From: Azolla caroliniana
Lineage: Eukaryota > Plantae > Polypodiophyta
NCBI GenBank assembly: GCA_043228905.1
Contig: JBHGNT010000001.1
Location: 10,912,001-10,976,000, forward strand
Length of the DNA stretch: 64,000 nt
Direction: 5' to 3'
The notes under the pieces were generated by a model. That model had not been told where the DNA came from and did no database searches. It saw only the letters and a list, made by a program, of their open reading frames with translations. This document shows positions 35,701 through 49,218 of this stretch, piece by piece. The translations under genes were made by a program, and so were the position numbers. Each line of letters begins with the position of its first letter. Position 1 is the stretch's first letter.

Positions 35701-37505
35701 TTCTCAATATGGCTCGAAGTATGTTACAATTTGCTCACTTATCGCCTCAATTTTGGGAGGAATTGGTTGGCACCGCTTGCTATATTCAAAATCGAGGATT
35801 TCATAGGTTTGGGGCTCCAAACCCCTTATGAGCTATGGCATGGTCACAAACCTAACTTAAATAAGCTTCGTATTTTTGGTTGTGATGCTTATGCTTTTGT
35901 GCCAAATGTGCAAAGAAATAAGCTATATCCAAGGGCTACAAAATCAATTTTCATCAGATATGGAGAAGCTTCGGGATACAAGGCATATAAGTTCTACGAT
36001 CCACAAAAGTGAAGAATATTCTTTAGTCGCAATGTGATATTTCAAGAAAATGGGCTTTCTATAAAGGTTTCTTCTTCACTCTGTTCTAATCTACCTCCTT
36101 TATTACCTACCCCTACCCACTTACAACCACCTTCCTGAACCATCTCTAATATTAATAGCTCTCATATTGAAGGAACCAACATTGGGTCATCCTCTACTTC
36201 CACTATTTGTGTTGCTCTTCCATCTAATCACAAGGCAAAGATCAATCCTACTCAACCAACTCATTCTTCTTCTCATCTTCCCTCATTCCAATCTCTAGAT
36301 GATTCTCTTCCTCATACTCCTTTAAATACAAATTGTTTAACTCCCTCTAACAATACAAATAATGTTATCTTCTCCCCTCCCTCTCCTAATCCTTCATTCC
36401 AAGCTTCATCACCAACTTCTCCACCAACCTCTCCTCCAAAGTATAGATCTCTAAATAGTATTTATGAACAACTTGATCAAATGGAAGCACATTTTGTGGA
36501 CTTGAACCATGAAGGTTATATACAAGAAGAAGATATTCCAACCCTTAATGATGACACAAATCTATCGGCCAAAGATGCACTTTCCGGATCAGATTTTATC
36601 AAATGGAGAAACGCTATGGAAGAAGAAATGAAGGCTTTACTTAAAAATGGTATGTGGACCCTCGTTGATCCTCCAAAAGATCGTCAAATAATTGGTTCGA
36701 AATGGGTCTTACGCATAAAGCGAGATAGTAATGGTAATCCAATTCGTTTCAAGACTCGTGTTGTTGCTCGAGGATTTTCTCAAGTACCAGGCATTGATTT
36801 TCAAGATACATTTAGTCCAACGCTAAAAATATGTGGTTTTCGAATGCTCGTTGCTCTTGCCGCTCAACATGATCTAGAGTTGCATCACTTGGATGTACAA
36901 ACGACTTTTATTCATGGAGATTAAGATGTTGATGATTTGCCCTTGATCTTTAATTCTAAATATGATCTAGCTATTGCAAAGAAGGAACTCACATATGTCT
37001 TTCCTATCACCGATTAAGGCCCTATGACACATTTTCTAGGCATCAAAGTAACTCAAAATAGAACAAATCATATCATCTCATTATCACAATCAGACTATAT
37101 TAATTCTATTCTCCAAATATTTGATATGCTTCATAATAAACCTATTAGTACTCCTCTTACCTCTCCATGTAAACTTTCAAATGATGATTCTCCCAAAAAT
37201 AAACGAGAAATTTCTAAAATGAAGGATGTACCCTATAAACAAATCCTTGGGTGTATAAGATATCTAGTAAGTTGCACACGTCCCGATATTTGCTTTGCCG
37301 CCGGTTTTCTTTCTCGTTGCATGGCTAATCCAGGACCAAAGCATTGGATCGCGCTCAAAAGATTACTAAGATACTTGAAGCATACTCAAAATTATGCGTT
37401 TACTTACTCCGCCACACAATTTGAGTCAACCACACTTGTGCAAGGATGGACAAATCCCTCTAGCCAACTAATTGGTTGGTCAGACTCAGATTGGGGGGGA
37501 GATAG
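32782..37505 (+). mobile_element. Degenerate, 3'-truncated Ty1/copia
   Basis: LTR end CTACA at 33581, PBS TGGTATTAAAGCC at 33582. Gag (CKICKRTNHATKDC), WYLDTGA, IN, RT with internal deletion near 36924. Stops at RNase H WSDSDWGGD. Confidence 0.88.
32826..33525 (+). mobile_element. 5'-truncated RTE-type LINE fragment inserted in the copia LTR
   Basis: IASMRLNSHALQCET...LCTLCPKQVRESKYHTLIQC C-terminal domain and an (ATCT)n tail. Same family as 54931-56960. Confidence 0.8.
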
Positions 37506-38084
37506 ATTAAATTATTTTGGGCTTCCAAATTTAGTAAGCATATGACAATGTGTGTAAGAGATGATAAAATAAGTTGAGCGATACAATGCATGCCAAAGTA
37601 TCGAATGGGCTTTGTATCATCTGTAATCTGCCACACTTATGAGACAATTTGGGAAGGGAGAAAAAAGCCTTTCAGGTGAGCCCTTTATCGAGAACTTTGA
37701 ATGTCGTAATTGGCCTTATCTTTGTCCATTGTGAGGCATACCAAAATACAGAGGCTCAGGTGTTGGTACCTCCAGATGGATGAAGATACAAAATCTCCTT
37801 TCAAAGCTCGTGTGAGTAAACATGGCTGATTCAAGAATAATAAAAGGCCAAAAAAACATTAAAATATCTGTTTTCAACATAATATGGGATGTTAATTTGT
37901 TTTATTCCCTTGTCCTTCTGATCATAACATGGAATGGTCATTTTGGTTTTTCAAAGTTTATGAAGTGCATCCCACATAACCACATATATCTCAGTGAGTA
38001 TACCTTTGTTCACTAAGTTCATGCATAGCATGTACAAGATGTTGTAGTAAATGATCATCAAATAAAATGGATGAAATTCCCGGC

Positions 38085-38268
38085 TGGAATCTGGACCGAG
38101 GGACCTATATAGCATGCCCCCTGTCAATAATAACATAGTGATATCGGCTAATCTACATCATTGGCTATATCTATTAGTGGAATCTGGACTGAGGGACCTA
38201 TATAGCACGCCCCCTGTCAATAATAACGTAGTGATATCGGCTTATCTACATCATTGGCTATATCTATT
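38085..38268. repeat. 93-bp tandem duplication
   Basis: TGGAATCTGGAC...CTATATCTATT starts at 38085 and 38178. Confidence 0.85.
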
Positions 38269-39189
38269 GGTTATAGTCATGTTAACATGGCAAAGGTCAT
38301 CTATTAGTCATCAACAATGAACTGTATTGTTGAAATATATGACGTCCTAGTATCGACTCTCTCGTCACCAATTCCAAAGCATAGATGAAGATTTATTGTA
38401 TCTTCTACCGCTCATCCAAAATGAATTCTAAAGTCGCAACATTTAATGTTATGAGTACCTAAGTACTCTAAACCATTACTCTATTTCCAGCTATTCAACT
38501 CAAAAGTTGCAGAACCTCAGCTAAGTTTAGTTCATGAAACGAAACTTTCACAAATCAGAAGAAAAACAGTAAAAGAAGAAACAATCAATAAGATATGGCA
38601 TCCCCAGGATCAGCATCAAAAGAAAAGGAACGTAGTAAAATGGACACCGTACTAGAAAGAACAACGAATATAGTAATGCATACCTACAGCAAATGTGAGC
38701 AAAAATTGTACAAGAGATGGAGAAGAATATATTATATAGCGGGCTTCTTTTCCAAATGATCCTTTATTAGAGCTCGACCTCAAACGGAAAGAATGCAACA
38801 AAATAGAAACAAAAACGGGTACCTACAGGAGGAGGAGGAGGAGGAGGAGGAGGAGGGCAAGAACACACAGAGAAGGAGGCCAATCGCAAGAAGAACAAGA
38901 AGAACAACAACAAAAACAACACAAATTAAATTTGCAGAAAAGAAGATGTTGTTTCAGAAGAGAAGAAGAAGAGCATACCCGCAGCCACTTCTTCAAAGCC
39001 TTTCTCTGCCGCTTGCCAGATATGGCGAGGTTCGAGGGGGGGATTGACAGGGATCTTGAAGGAGGAGTTGTTACCGAATGCCTGAATTAGACTTTGAAAT
39101 CTGGCATGGAAATGGTTGATTCTTCTTCTATGTAAACTAATTCTTAATGAATTTGCAGTGCAGACTTCAAACCCCAAAAACCATTTGAC

Positions 39190-42100
39190 ATCACACATGG
39201 ATCCATATAAATATAAATAGCTTTAGAAATTGTATGCACCTTCCCTCGATCCAATATAAATATATATGTACCTTCCAACTCAACTTGCTCCTCTTGAGTA
39301 TGTATTGTAATTTGTAAAAGACCATAATCTCATCTAGATGAATGATGGTGAATACGTATGAGAAGTCCCATAAAAGTATAGCCGGCCATATGTTAAGCAA
39401 ATTTGTTTGTGCATTTGTGAGACCAACGGCCACGACCATATTGAGTGGGAAACGCAATCTTCCACTCATTGCCCAAACAAAATTGAATTAAGGTTATACC
39501 CACCTGAAAAGATTTAGCTTTGTAACACATTTGGCTCCCCCCACTCATACTTTGCAAAACATACATGTTTCAAGATGTGAGTTTCTTTAAGTGATACATC
39601 TTCTTTTTTACAAAGAAGATTGGTGATCCACCGATCCACTTGCCAAAAATTCAACAATATATTATTGAAGAACATTGAGCTATAATGGTGATAGGTTATA
39701 ATTTAGTCCCCACGGTGTGTCTTTCCTTGGTTGAAGATCGATAGGATAATCATAATGTAACTATTTGGGAGTGCAATGTTATGCCTATAACATTACAAAC
39801 AAATTCTATATCTTGTTTTGACTGTTTAAGGGTAGGAGTTTGGAAACTAGTTATCCTGGATTTGGGACAAACTTGTACAAACCAATTCGACACTTGGAAA
39901 CAAGTGGTTTTCTCGAAGCCTTATGTATTGAGCTATATAAAGGGACTAGTTATCCCCATCATTACGGTAAAAGTTGTCAAGACTCAATTGGTGAGAACTC
40001 TATAGCGACACATTTTTTAAGTGATGAAAATATCTATTAGAGTTTGTACGAAGTCAAATTAACGCCTCGTCTAGTTGACTAAGAACTTCTAACCTATGGA
40101 ATTTTAGGGCTATTGGGATTGATCGATGTAATTGGAGCATCAAGCCCACATTTACCATTAGCACACACTTTATTAACCTTACAGTTGGATTTGTTACAGC
40201 TATGTCCCCCCTATGGGAGGAGCCGACTGGTCGGGACAAGGAAGAGCCGACAGTCAAAGACAAAGAATAGTCGACTAGTCGGGTCAAGGAGGAGCCGACG
40301 GTCAAAGACAAAGAAGAGTCGATGTGGAGAGTCAATAACTTAGGGAAGTAGATGACCTAAGTCAAAGACAAGGCCGACTAGTCAAGCCGACTTGATAGTC
40401 GACAAAGGGGTCGGCTAGTCGATTTGTCGGCTGAGTAAAGACTATTATTAGTAGTAGTAATATTAATAAGAATAACTTCCTCCCTCCTATAAATATGAAA
40501 AGTTAGGGCAAAACTTATTTGAGTGGGTACAAAACATAATGAAGAGTTTTCTGTATAGAGTGTAGCAGCGAATGTGCACAGAAGACAATTGTGTGTATAG
40601 TGTAACAGAGAGTGTGACGCAAGAGCGCTTGAGTGTGCGGTGCCATAACTGTTGTGTGAGACTAGACGCCAAGAGCCCTGCATGACTGATACACTATGTA
40701 CCGACAAAGTGTTGTAACCTATTTTTTCCTTTGTATATCTCTGTCATAGTAGTCATTCTCTATTGCCCATGGTTTTCCCTTGTTTAGGGTTTCCACGCAA
40801 AATATTGTGTTATGTGTGTTTTGCATTTTGCGTTTTGCGTTTTTCGTTATTTTCTACTTTCGCATTGTCTATTTTTGTTCATCTTCCTCATAGATCTACG
40901 ATCCGATCTCAACAAGATTGATTATGAATATTTATCTCTATATGTACTAGGTTCCCATAGTATGCAATAGATGATTTGCTCGATGTCGTTGCTTTTCAAC
41001 TTTTGTCAAGGGCCTTTGACATGTTGCATCAAGATCCATTTGAATGGGGCCATCTATTGGAATAGGGATAGAGGCTTGGATAGTTCTAAATGATAATAAT
41101 GTTGTCATCAACGTATATATTTGCTCTAATATGGGATGAAACCATTGTTAACAATTAAAACTTTGATTGACTAGATTGTTGTCACATCTTACAACTCGAT
41201 TGATCACATTTGTAAATGATTTATACTATTCATAAAATGTGAGAAGCATATCCTCCACATCATTATGGAGGCTTTGTTGAAATTCATCCATTAATACATT
41301 TTTGTTCCGAGGGATGTCACATGTATAAAGGCAAAAATTACTTGCATAGCCCAAGTCTTCTGTTTAGGTGATATTATTGGAAATAAATAATAAATTAGTA
41401 CATCGTTCCTCCCGGCCACCCTCAAGCAAAGGACTTAAGATGATTCCCTAAACCCCAATGGCGTCTCATACCACTACATCTGGTCTAGAGATGCAACTTG
41501 GCTTAGGTCAGATGATAGGTGCCTTGATACACATGCTTTCCCAAGGAGACCATAAAATGAAGTAGTTAGTTCCATGTTTATCTCCTAAGCCAAAGGCCTC
41601 TTGACCACTATGTAGGCGCCTACACGTTGTTGACCATGCTAGGTTGCATCAAATCTTAGGTTAATGGTCATCCCTCGTCTATTTATTTATGATAAACTAG
41701 CCTTCCCATTTGGACCTAAAGTTGTGTTTATAACACCGAGGTTGGGAGATCACTTAGTTGTAACCATCAATCTTATTGATAATGTTTCTCATTTTATCCA
41801 TATCTTCAAAATAAGCTTTAAATTCCTTAGGAAACTCGCCAAATTTCTTTAGTCCAGGAGACCTTTTCTCTAGTAATGGCACCAACCAAGTTAGCGTTTA
41901 TCACATGTATAACCACAACATATCATGAGATAAGTTTTCCATAGTTTTCTCTAATGTATTTCTAATGAGTACATGTGGGTTAATTTGGAAAGGCACAAGG
42001 TTATGAATTGAATTACAATCCTACAATGTGATATAACCATTAAGTGTAGTATAACTTGACCACTTCATACTAGTAGTCAAGTCTTGTGTAAACATACCAA

Positions 42101-43250
42101 AGCCTTGGGTTTCTACCTACATAATAAAGATAGTTGCTTTCTTATTAGAGGAGGCTTTACTTATATTAAGACTAAGTTAGAGTGGCTATGGCTCTTAATA
42201 GCTAAGCATGTGAAACCTTTGCAGAACACAAGGTATGACTCACATCAACGCTCAATAGAATGGAACATCAAGGATGTTCAAATCTGTCTCAGACCATTGC
42301 TAGCAGTTGTTAGTGCAGTCTTGCACCCCTATTTCCTTTATTATGGTCTGGTTAAATGTTTAGTTAGACTCTAACATGGTTGTACCAATCATTACAGTCC
42401 TAATCAACCCTCCTTGTGTTGCATCCATTGAATTTTTGGTGCGATGTTTTCACAACATGAAACAATCCTACTTTAGGAATTCTCAAATTTGTGACCAAGT
42501 AGTATCAAACTTCATTGGAAGACTTATCTTGGGTTTGTTTGGGGAGCTTTACTCTCTCAAAGCTTGTTGTTGCAAAGCTACTAATGCCGCTTCACATTGG
42601 TGAACTCTCTAAGCTAATCGCTCATGTTGTTGAGCTTTCTCGATGTTCATTTGTTGTAAATCCTTGAGAAGCGTATGATTCTCTTGGAGCTCCATGATCA
42701 TGACCTAGTTATTAGGCATTCTAGATCTATACGAACACATATATACTCTTCGTCGGTATTGATGGTTATACTAACGAGATAGGGCGAGGAGTTCCTCGAG
42801 AGAAAAAAAACAAAATAAAGAATAGATTTTCCCTATTCCAATTGTTTAGTTATAGTCAAGAACAACATGTAATCAAACAAGAGAATAAGAAAGAAGAGAG
42901 AGAGAGAGAGAGAGTGTGTGTGTGTGTCAAAACCAAAAGTAAAAGATAGAGTGATGGAAGAAGGATGTGAAGAGAACACAAGAAGAAAGGAACGAAATGA
43001 TAAGTCTAGAAGAAAGGTTGTATTAAGATAGAATGAGAATAAGAGGAACTTGATACAAGATAGGTTATACGAGCTTAAGACTAGTGTTGATTCGAATTTA
43101 TTTGAGAAGACATGTACGTCTCTATTTATAGGCTCCTATAGAATAGCCTAGAGATTTCTAGAATGTTCTAAGACGTTCTAGGATATTCTAGAATGTTCCA
43201 GAGTTTTTACAATAATCAATATATTACAAAAAATAGTTTTTATTATATTA
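39190..43250 (-). mobile_element. Highly degenerate Ty3/gypsy relic
   Basis: RT remnant VVAVGLTNAQ...HLDEIMV (cf. MPFGLTNAP...YLDDILI). GA-rich LTR-like end with CTATTTATAGG at ~43121. Boundaries approximate. Confidence 0.45.
40035..40914 (+). mobile_element. Old solo LTR
   Basis: TATTAGAG...CTCAACA termini, internal GCCGAC/GTCGAC subrepeats, TATA box CCTATAAAT, U5-like CCCATGGTTTTCCC...GGGTTTCCACG. TSD is degenerate (ATATC/AGATT). Confidence 0.6.
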
Positions 43251-43427
43251 TATGAGATTAGGCTAGTTTAGTGGTTGGGTTTTCGAGTATGTATTACAAG
43301 GTCTTGGGTTCAAGTTCAAGTGACACCATGATGTTCATGGCAATGTGTATTATGAAGAATGAAAAGATTACGTTGGTTAGACAATTGCATGATTGCCACC
43401 TCATAGTCTTGTATGATCGCCACTTGG

Positions 43428-43651
43428 CATTTATGCTAAATAGCTTGATAGGTGACAATATCTCATAATAAAAAGAAAATTATTATTATTAGTTATGATA
43501 TCATTTATGCTAAATAGCTTGCTAGGTGATAATATCTCATAATAATAAGAAAATAATAATTATTAGTTATGATATCATTTATGCTAAATAGTTTGCTAGG
43601 TGACAATATCTCATAGTAATAAGAAAATAATAATGATTAGTTATGATATCA
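43428..43651. repeat. 74-bp tandem repeat x3
   Basis: CATTTATGCTAAATAG... starts at 43428, 43502 and 43576. Confidence 0.85.
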
Positions 43652-45481
43652 AGGTAATGGTGTCCTTTAAAGAAGTTATGAGTTCAAATCTTGAGGTCCG
43701 AGGACTATGTTATTTTGTATATATGTTTGGTTACAACTTACCACCCTTTTAAGAAGGCATTTGATAGAGTCAAATGACATCTTAAATTCTTTGAAGTGCA
43801 CATCCAATTAAGTAATATAATTTATGGCATAATTGGTAATGTATTTAAGGATAATGTAATGATTGTAATCTGCTACAGGCTACAGCCTACTATGAATTCC
43901 TAGCTACTAGCAATTCTCACTATTTAGAAATAAATAGCATATCATAAATACATGTAATATGTACCAAACTTTTTATTCTTTCTCGACTTTTAAGTTCTTG
44001 ATACTAAAAAACTCTATGATGTAAGTAATTAGAACAACATCGAATCAATATTGTCTCATTGTAAGGTGCACTTCTGTTTTGTTTTTGGGATGTTACTTTG
44101 AGAGTGTTGTAGATGTATTTCATATTAACTCTTTCATGACAAAGGTAATTAATGATAGTGAGTTCATGACACTTATCAACATTGAAGGCTTTCAATATCA
44201 ACATCAACTACATTTGGGTTCAACATATAAAGGTTACTGGGTGAATATGCATAAAATGTATGACATGGAAAATGCTCATATGATCAATTTATGTCAAAAT
44301 CGTATAAGATTTTGGATTCTACACTATGTGATTGTTTTAGGAATGACTTTAATATATCTGAAGCTGCAAAGTTCTTTGGTTCAGTGTGCTACTATAAATA
44401 TTTAGGCAAACAATGAATCATTCCCAAGATTATTGCATAATATTGGTGTGCAAGAAAAGAATACAAGTCTTATGCCATCGTATTGGGAAGGATTCATTGG
44501 TCGATCAAGAAGACCCTAAAGAAGAAAGATGAACTTTTATTAAGAGGGTAGAAGATTTATAGAGAAAAAAAATATGAGCGAGTCTTGGAAATTTTATCAC
44601 AAATGTGACAAATGGGAGCAATATATTTCTATGTATATTGAAGGTTTGAGGGATGCTTCTTGTTTAGCCACTATAATGTAGTTGCATGTGAAAGAGGGTT
44701 TTCCAAGATGAATAAGATCAAACCCAACTCTCTCTTCAATTTTATGTCTATTGATGTTTGTAGCCATTGATGCACCACATGAAACAAAAATTGATTAGTT
44801 TAGTTAGTGTGCATGCTTCAAAGGTTTGATCACAATGATAATTTGAAGACTTAGCAAGAACATAAATTTGATCAATGAATGTCTCATGGAATATGTGTAG
44901 AAGTATCATATTCCTAAAATATTGCATGGTTACCATGCGAGGGGGCAACCCAAATTGTCTCCCTCCCTCTAGTTGTTGGCTTGGTCGTTTGCGTCATAGC
45001 ATTAAAGTAATAATTTTAGTGAATACAAGTTTGATCCTTGCCATTGTTGGTTAGGCCTCTCTCATAGATCGCAATTAGTCTCCCATGAATGTTTTTTTTT
45101 TTTTCCCAAAAAAAATCTCCCATGAATGTTAAAAATATATTTTATCTATGCAATCGACAACAAGGTATGCAATGCAATCCTAGTCGAGGATAAATGGTAT
45201 GGAATAAAATCCTAGTATAAGTTATTTCACGAGAAGTACAATGACTCACTACATGGGCATGATTATTTATGTGACATGCTCAAATTTCCACATAAGAAGG
45301 GTGAACACATGTGTGTGCATTATTTTCACATGAGTTTTTATAGCAAAAGAGAATTTCTATTACAAAGTCATAACCCTTTCTTAGGAAGCAATTTACATTC
45401 AATACGCTTTCTTGATTTGGTCCCATAAGTCAAAATTGGCCTCCTCATGGACAATAAAAATATATTTTATTTTGTTCTATT

Positions 45482-45522
<41 letters not shown>

Positions 45523-46739
45523 ATCACAGCCAGGTGTGCACAATATATTGGTTTATTCATCACTTGTGACAACTTCACTTAGCATATAAACTTTTGTTGA
45601 TCAATTGGAAGGGTATGAAGGATAGATGAATTGGATTGTTGACAATAATATGAGGCATCATATTCGCCTTTTGTATTGGCTTTTTCGTCACATGTATTCT
45701 TAAAGTGTATTGGATCTTGATTGAGATTCCATGGTCGTCTATCTTTAGTTATTTGTAGTTGTTTTTTTAAATTTCATAATTAATAAAACTTTATTTACGA
45801 AAAACAAAAAAAGTAGAATCTTAACTAACTAATGAATAGGTCATGTCATACATGTAAAAATATCATTACAATTTACAACAGCTTGTGTAGTTACACTTTT
45901 TACATGTGGATAATATCATCTTTCATAGTTATGGGGTTTTTAATAAATAATTATGATATGTCTTATTTTTGCACTGTGAAAACTTAACATTAGAATTTAG
46001 TATTTCATGAAGCCTAAAATGTGGGGAAGCATAATTGAAATCGGAGCATGTGTTAGTAGATGGTACTTGGGCTGACAAAGTTGTTCAAGGCAATCAATTT
46101 AATCACATATGATGTGATACATTATCATATATTCTAGAGACTACAAGCATATAATGACTTGATACTTAACGCTAAATGGTGTCATTGGTCGTGAGATGAC
46201 GACCAAGACGAAGAGATGTCATCTAAAAGAAAACTTAAATTCATTAGCTGTAAGTGAGATGCAAATCCCATGGCACTGACAATTTATGAGATAGAGAGCC
46301 CTAACTTGGCCCAAAAGTATTATTTGCAAAGTCAATTTTAAGAGGAAAAGTTTGATTTGCAATTATCTTTTTATTTTGTTATAAAAGGGGGTTTAAATTT
46401 TTTGGTGATCATTGTGAACTAGTTTCGATCATGGGAAAAAGTAATTTCAGTTTATATGGTTACTATGACACTGAGAAAACTTTTGTGTAGAAATAAAACC
46501 ATTTTTCTCGGTGACATGTGTAAACTAGTTTTGATCATGGAAAAATTCACAAATCCTTATTTTCTAAGTTACTTTGAAAATTGATCAAAGTTGGCTACAA
46601 GGGAGGTTCCAAATACCATCTTCAACTTTTAGGGTTTGAATGGGTAAACAAAATTGGACAACCTTGGTACTAGGCATGCAAGCATAAAGGCTTGAGAGTG
46701 AAGACAATGTTGGGACTAGTGACTACCTTGAAAATTGAA

Positions 46740-48650
46740 TCTCTTAAGCCATGTTGGTTAGATCAAATTGGGCAACCTTTGTCATTGAGCATGCACGTGT
46801 TGAGGTCAAAGAGTCATGGCAACTTTGGGACATGTGACCTACTTGAAATTTGAATTTCTTAATCCACATTAGGGAGTTAAATGATAGTTTATAACATAAA
46901 ACATGGATGTTTTTCATAGTGAATGTAACCTCGGACACATATATTATAAAGGTCATTATAAATATAGAATCCATGCTTTACTACTACTTCTTGTTTTAAT
47001 ACATTTGATGTCTAATTAAAACGGTTATAAATGAGTTGAGCCATCCATCTCTCATTTGCAATAGGGCACAATGTCTTGCATTGACTCAAATAAGTAGTTA
47101 ATATGATATTGACATCCTAAAAAGTGATATCAACGAGTAAACATGTTTGAAATTGTCCATTTCCCATTTTATTAAAATTTTGATGCCAAATCCTTGTCGC
47201 ATCTTGTAAGCAACCACAAACAAATTTCAAGACTTGTAATCTCTTCTACTAGCCACACATTTCTCAATGTTACAAGAACTCTTGGACATATCCAAATCAT
47301 GTAATACGATGAAAAGTTCTATATGACCCACCATGATATACATTTACTTTAACCCTCATGACAATAGCAAAAATGTCACTATGTATAAACTTATACGAGT
47401 TTACTCACAATAATATGGAGAGAGATGAAAAGCATGCATCAATTTATCATGGAGATAGTGAGATATCTTTAGGTGAAAAGGAACCACAAGAACCTCGAGT
47501 GTTTGTAATATTCAAATAATTTCTTGGGAACACAGAAAAGGTTCTAGTTTATCTTACTTGACAATGGTACTAGGTAGTGCACACAAAATGTTATCAGGAA
47601 TTCATTAAGAATAGAATTCGTGGTGAGGTCTCGTAGTGAAATAATTATATTTAGAGAGTGAATGTTTATGCACAAAAAGATAAAAAAAATGTTTAAACAA
47701 GGTAACATGTGATTTCTTAGTTACTCAAAAATTTGCACATGTTGCTTGAGGTTGCTCTAAATCATTAGGAGCTTAGATTAATATAAATTTGGCTTTAAAA
47801 ATGAAGTTTGAATGCATGCATATTATTATTGGAACGTGTTACTCCCACAAAGAAACAAAAGAAACACAAGATTCATCACAATACTAGAGAAGAATTGCCA
47901 AATTTTGTCTCCTTGTATCCATGTATCATCCAGTGGTGGACAAGGATTTTGCTTACACATAATAATACTTCATAAATAGAGAAAAAGGTATTGAAATTCG
48001 TACATCTTATATTGGACCAAACAATCCATAATACAGTGCTCCATTTATTGACTATGACAAATATATTATCAATAGCACTATATTATTGAAGGTAAAGAGA
48101 TAAGTCGACTTAATCGAGAATTAAGTGAAGGAGATGTTAAAGAATGAGACGCGTGGCTCTCTTGAGATAATAGCTCCATCTTGCAAGAGGGGACGATAAA
48201 TGTGTGTACATCACGAAGTGGCCTATGCAAAGGAAGGGAGGATGATGGACTTTTTATAAAAGATGTATTAAGTCATGAAAGGTGGTCCCCCAATATTTGG
48301 CTACTAGCCCATACTTACCCACACATCACTTTTTGACATTGGCATTAAAGGATGGCTCTCGAATGACATGCAATACATACACGAAGAACGATCAAAGATA
48401 AAAAGGGTAGTGTAGGACATCCATCCACTTCATCATTGAGTTGTTCCTTCATAGCATTCCTCCGTATTGATGTAGATAACGGTGTGGTAATTCGATGAGA
48501 GTGTGGATCCACGGGAGGCATAAAAATGTATCTCGATCAAAAGGCACACAAGAAGACTACCTATCTATGGGGAGAGTTTGGTAAGCTGGTGGTGGTGGGG
48601 AAGAGGAAGGAAAAAGACAATGGATTGTTGGGAATGGTAAAAAAACTACA
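46740..48650 (-). mobile_element. Very degenerate LTR-retrotransposon pol relic (probably gypsy)
   Basis: Scattered minus-strand RT/IN-like remnants (e.g. KFVCGC); no intact ORF. Confidence 0.3.
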
Positions 48651-49218
48651 GAAGAAGATTGGTTGATTGTTTGGGATGCCCGGGGGGATGGTACAAAAAC
48701 TACAAGAAGAGGAGTCCAAAATGATAATGTTGTGTTTCTAGAGAAGGACGATGGATGGATGACTCTTGGTACATTGGAATGATGAATGGGCGATGATTAA
48801 GATGAGAAGGAGGAAGAGGATAGTGGCTGGTATTGAAAGGATGGATATTTAGTTTTAAGAGAATAAGGGGAAAGAATATAGCCACAAGAAAAGAAGAAGA
48901 AAGGGGAGGCCCACACGATGTATGTGAGAGGAAGAATGACTATGGAATGGAAGGGAAATGGATGCAACAAAAGAGTCCACCACCACCACCATTTCTTCTT
49001 CTTCTTCTTCCTTGCAAGTTTTCTTCCTTTTTCCTTCATAGGCCTCCTCCTCCTCCTTAGTATGAAGGTTTTCCATTACTTACTTTAGTTCCAAGGGGAG
49101 GGGGGGGGTTGTGTGTATTTTGTGTGGTTAAGAGTAGTGTAGTGGTGTAGTAGTAGATAGTAGGTAGTAGGTAGTGTAGTAGTAGTGCCTCCTCCTCCTC
49201 CTCCTCCTCCTCCTTACT

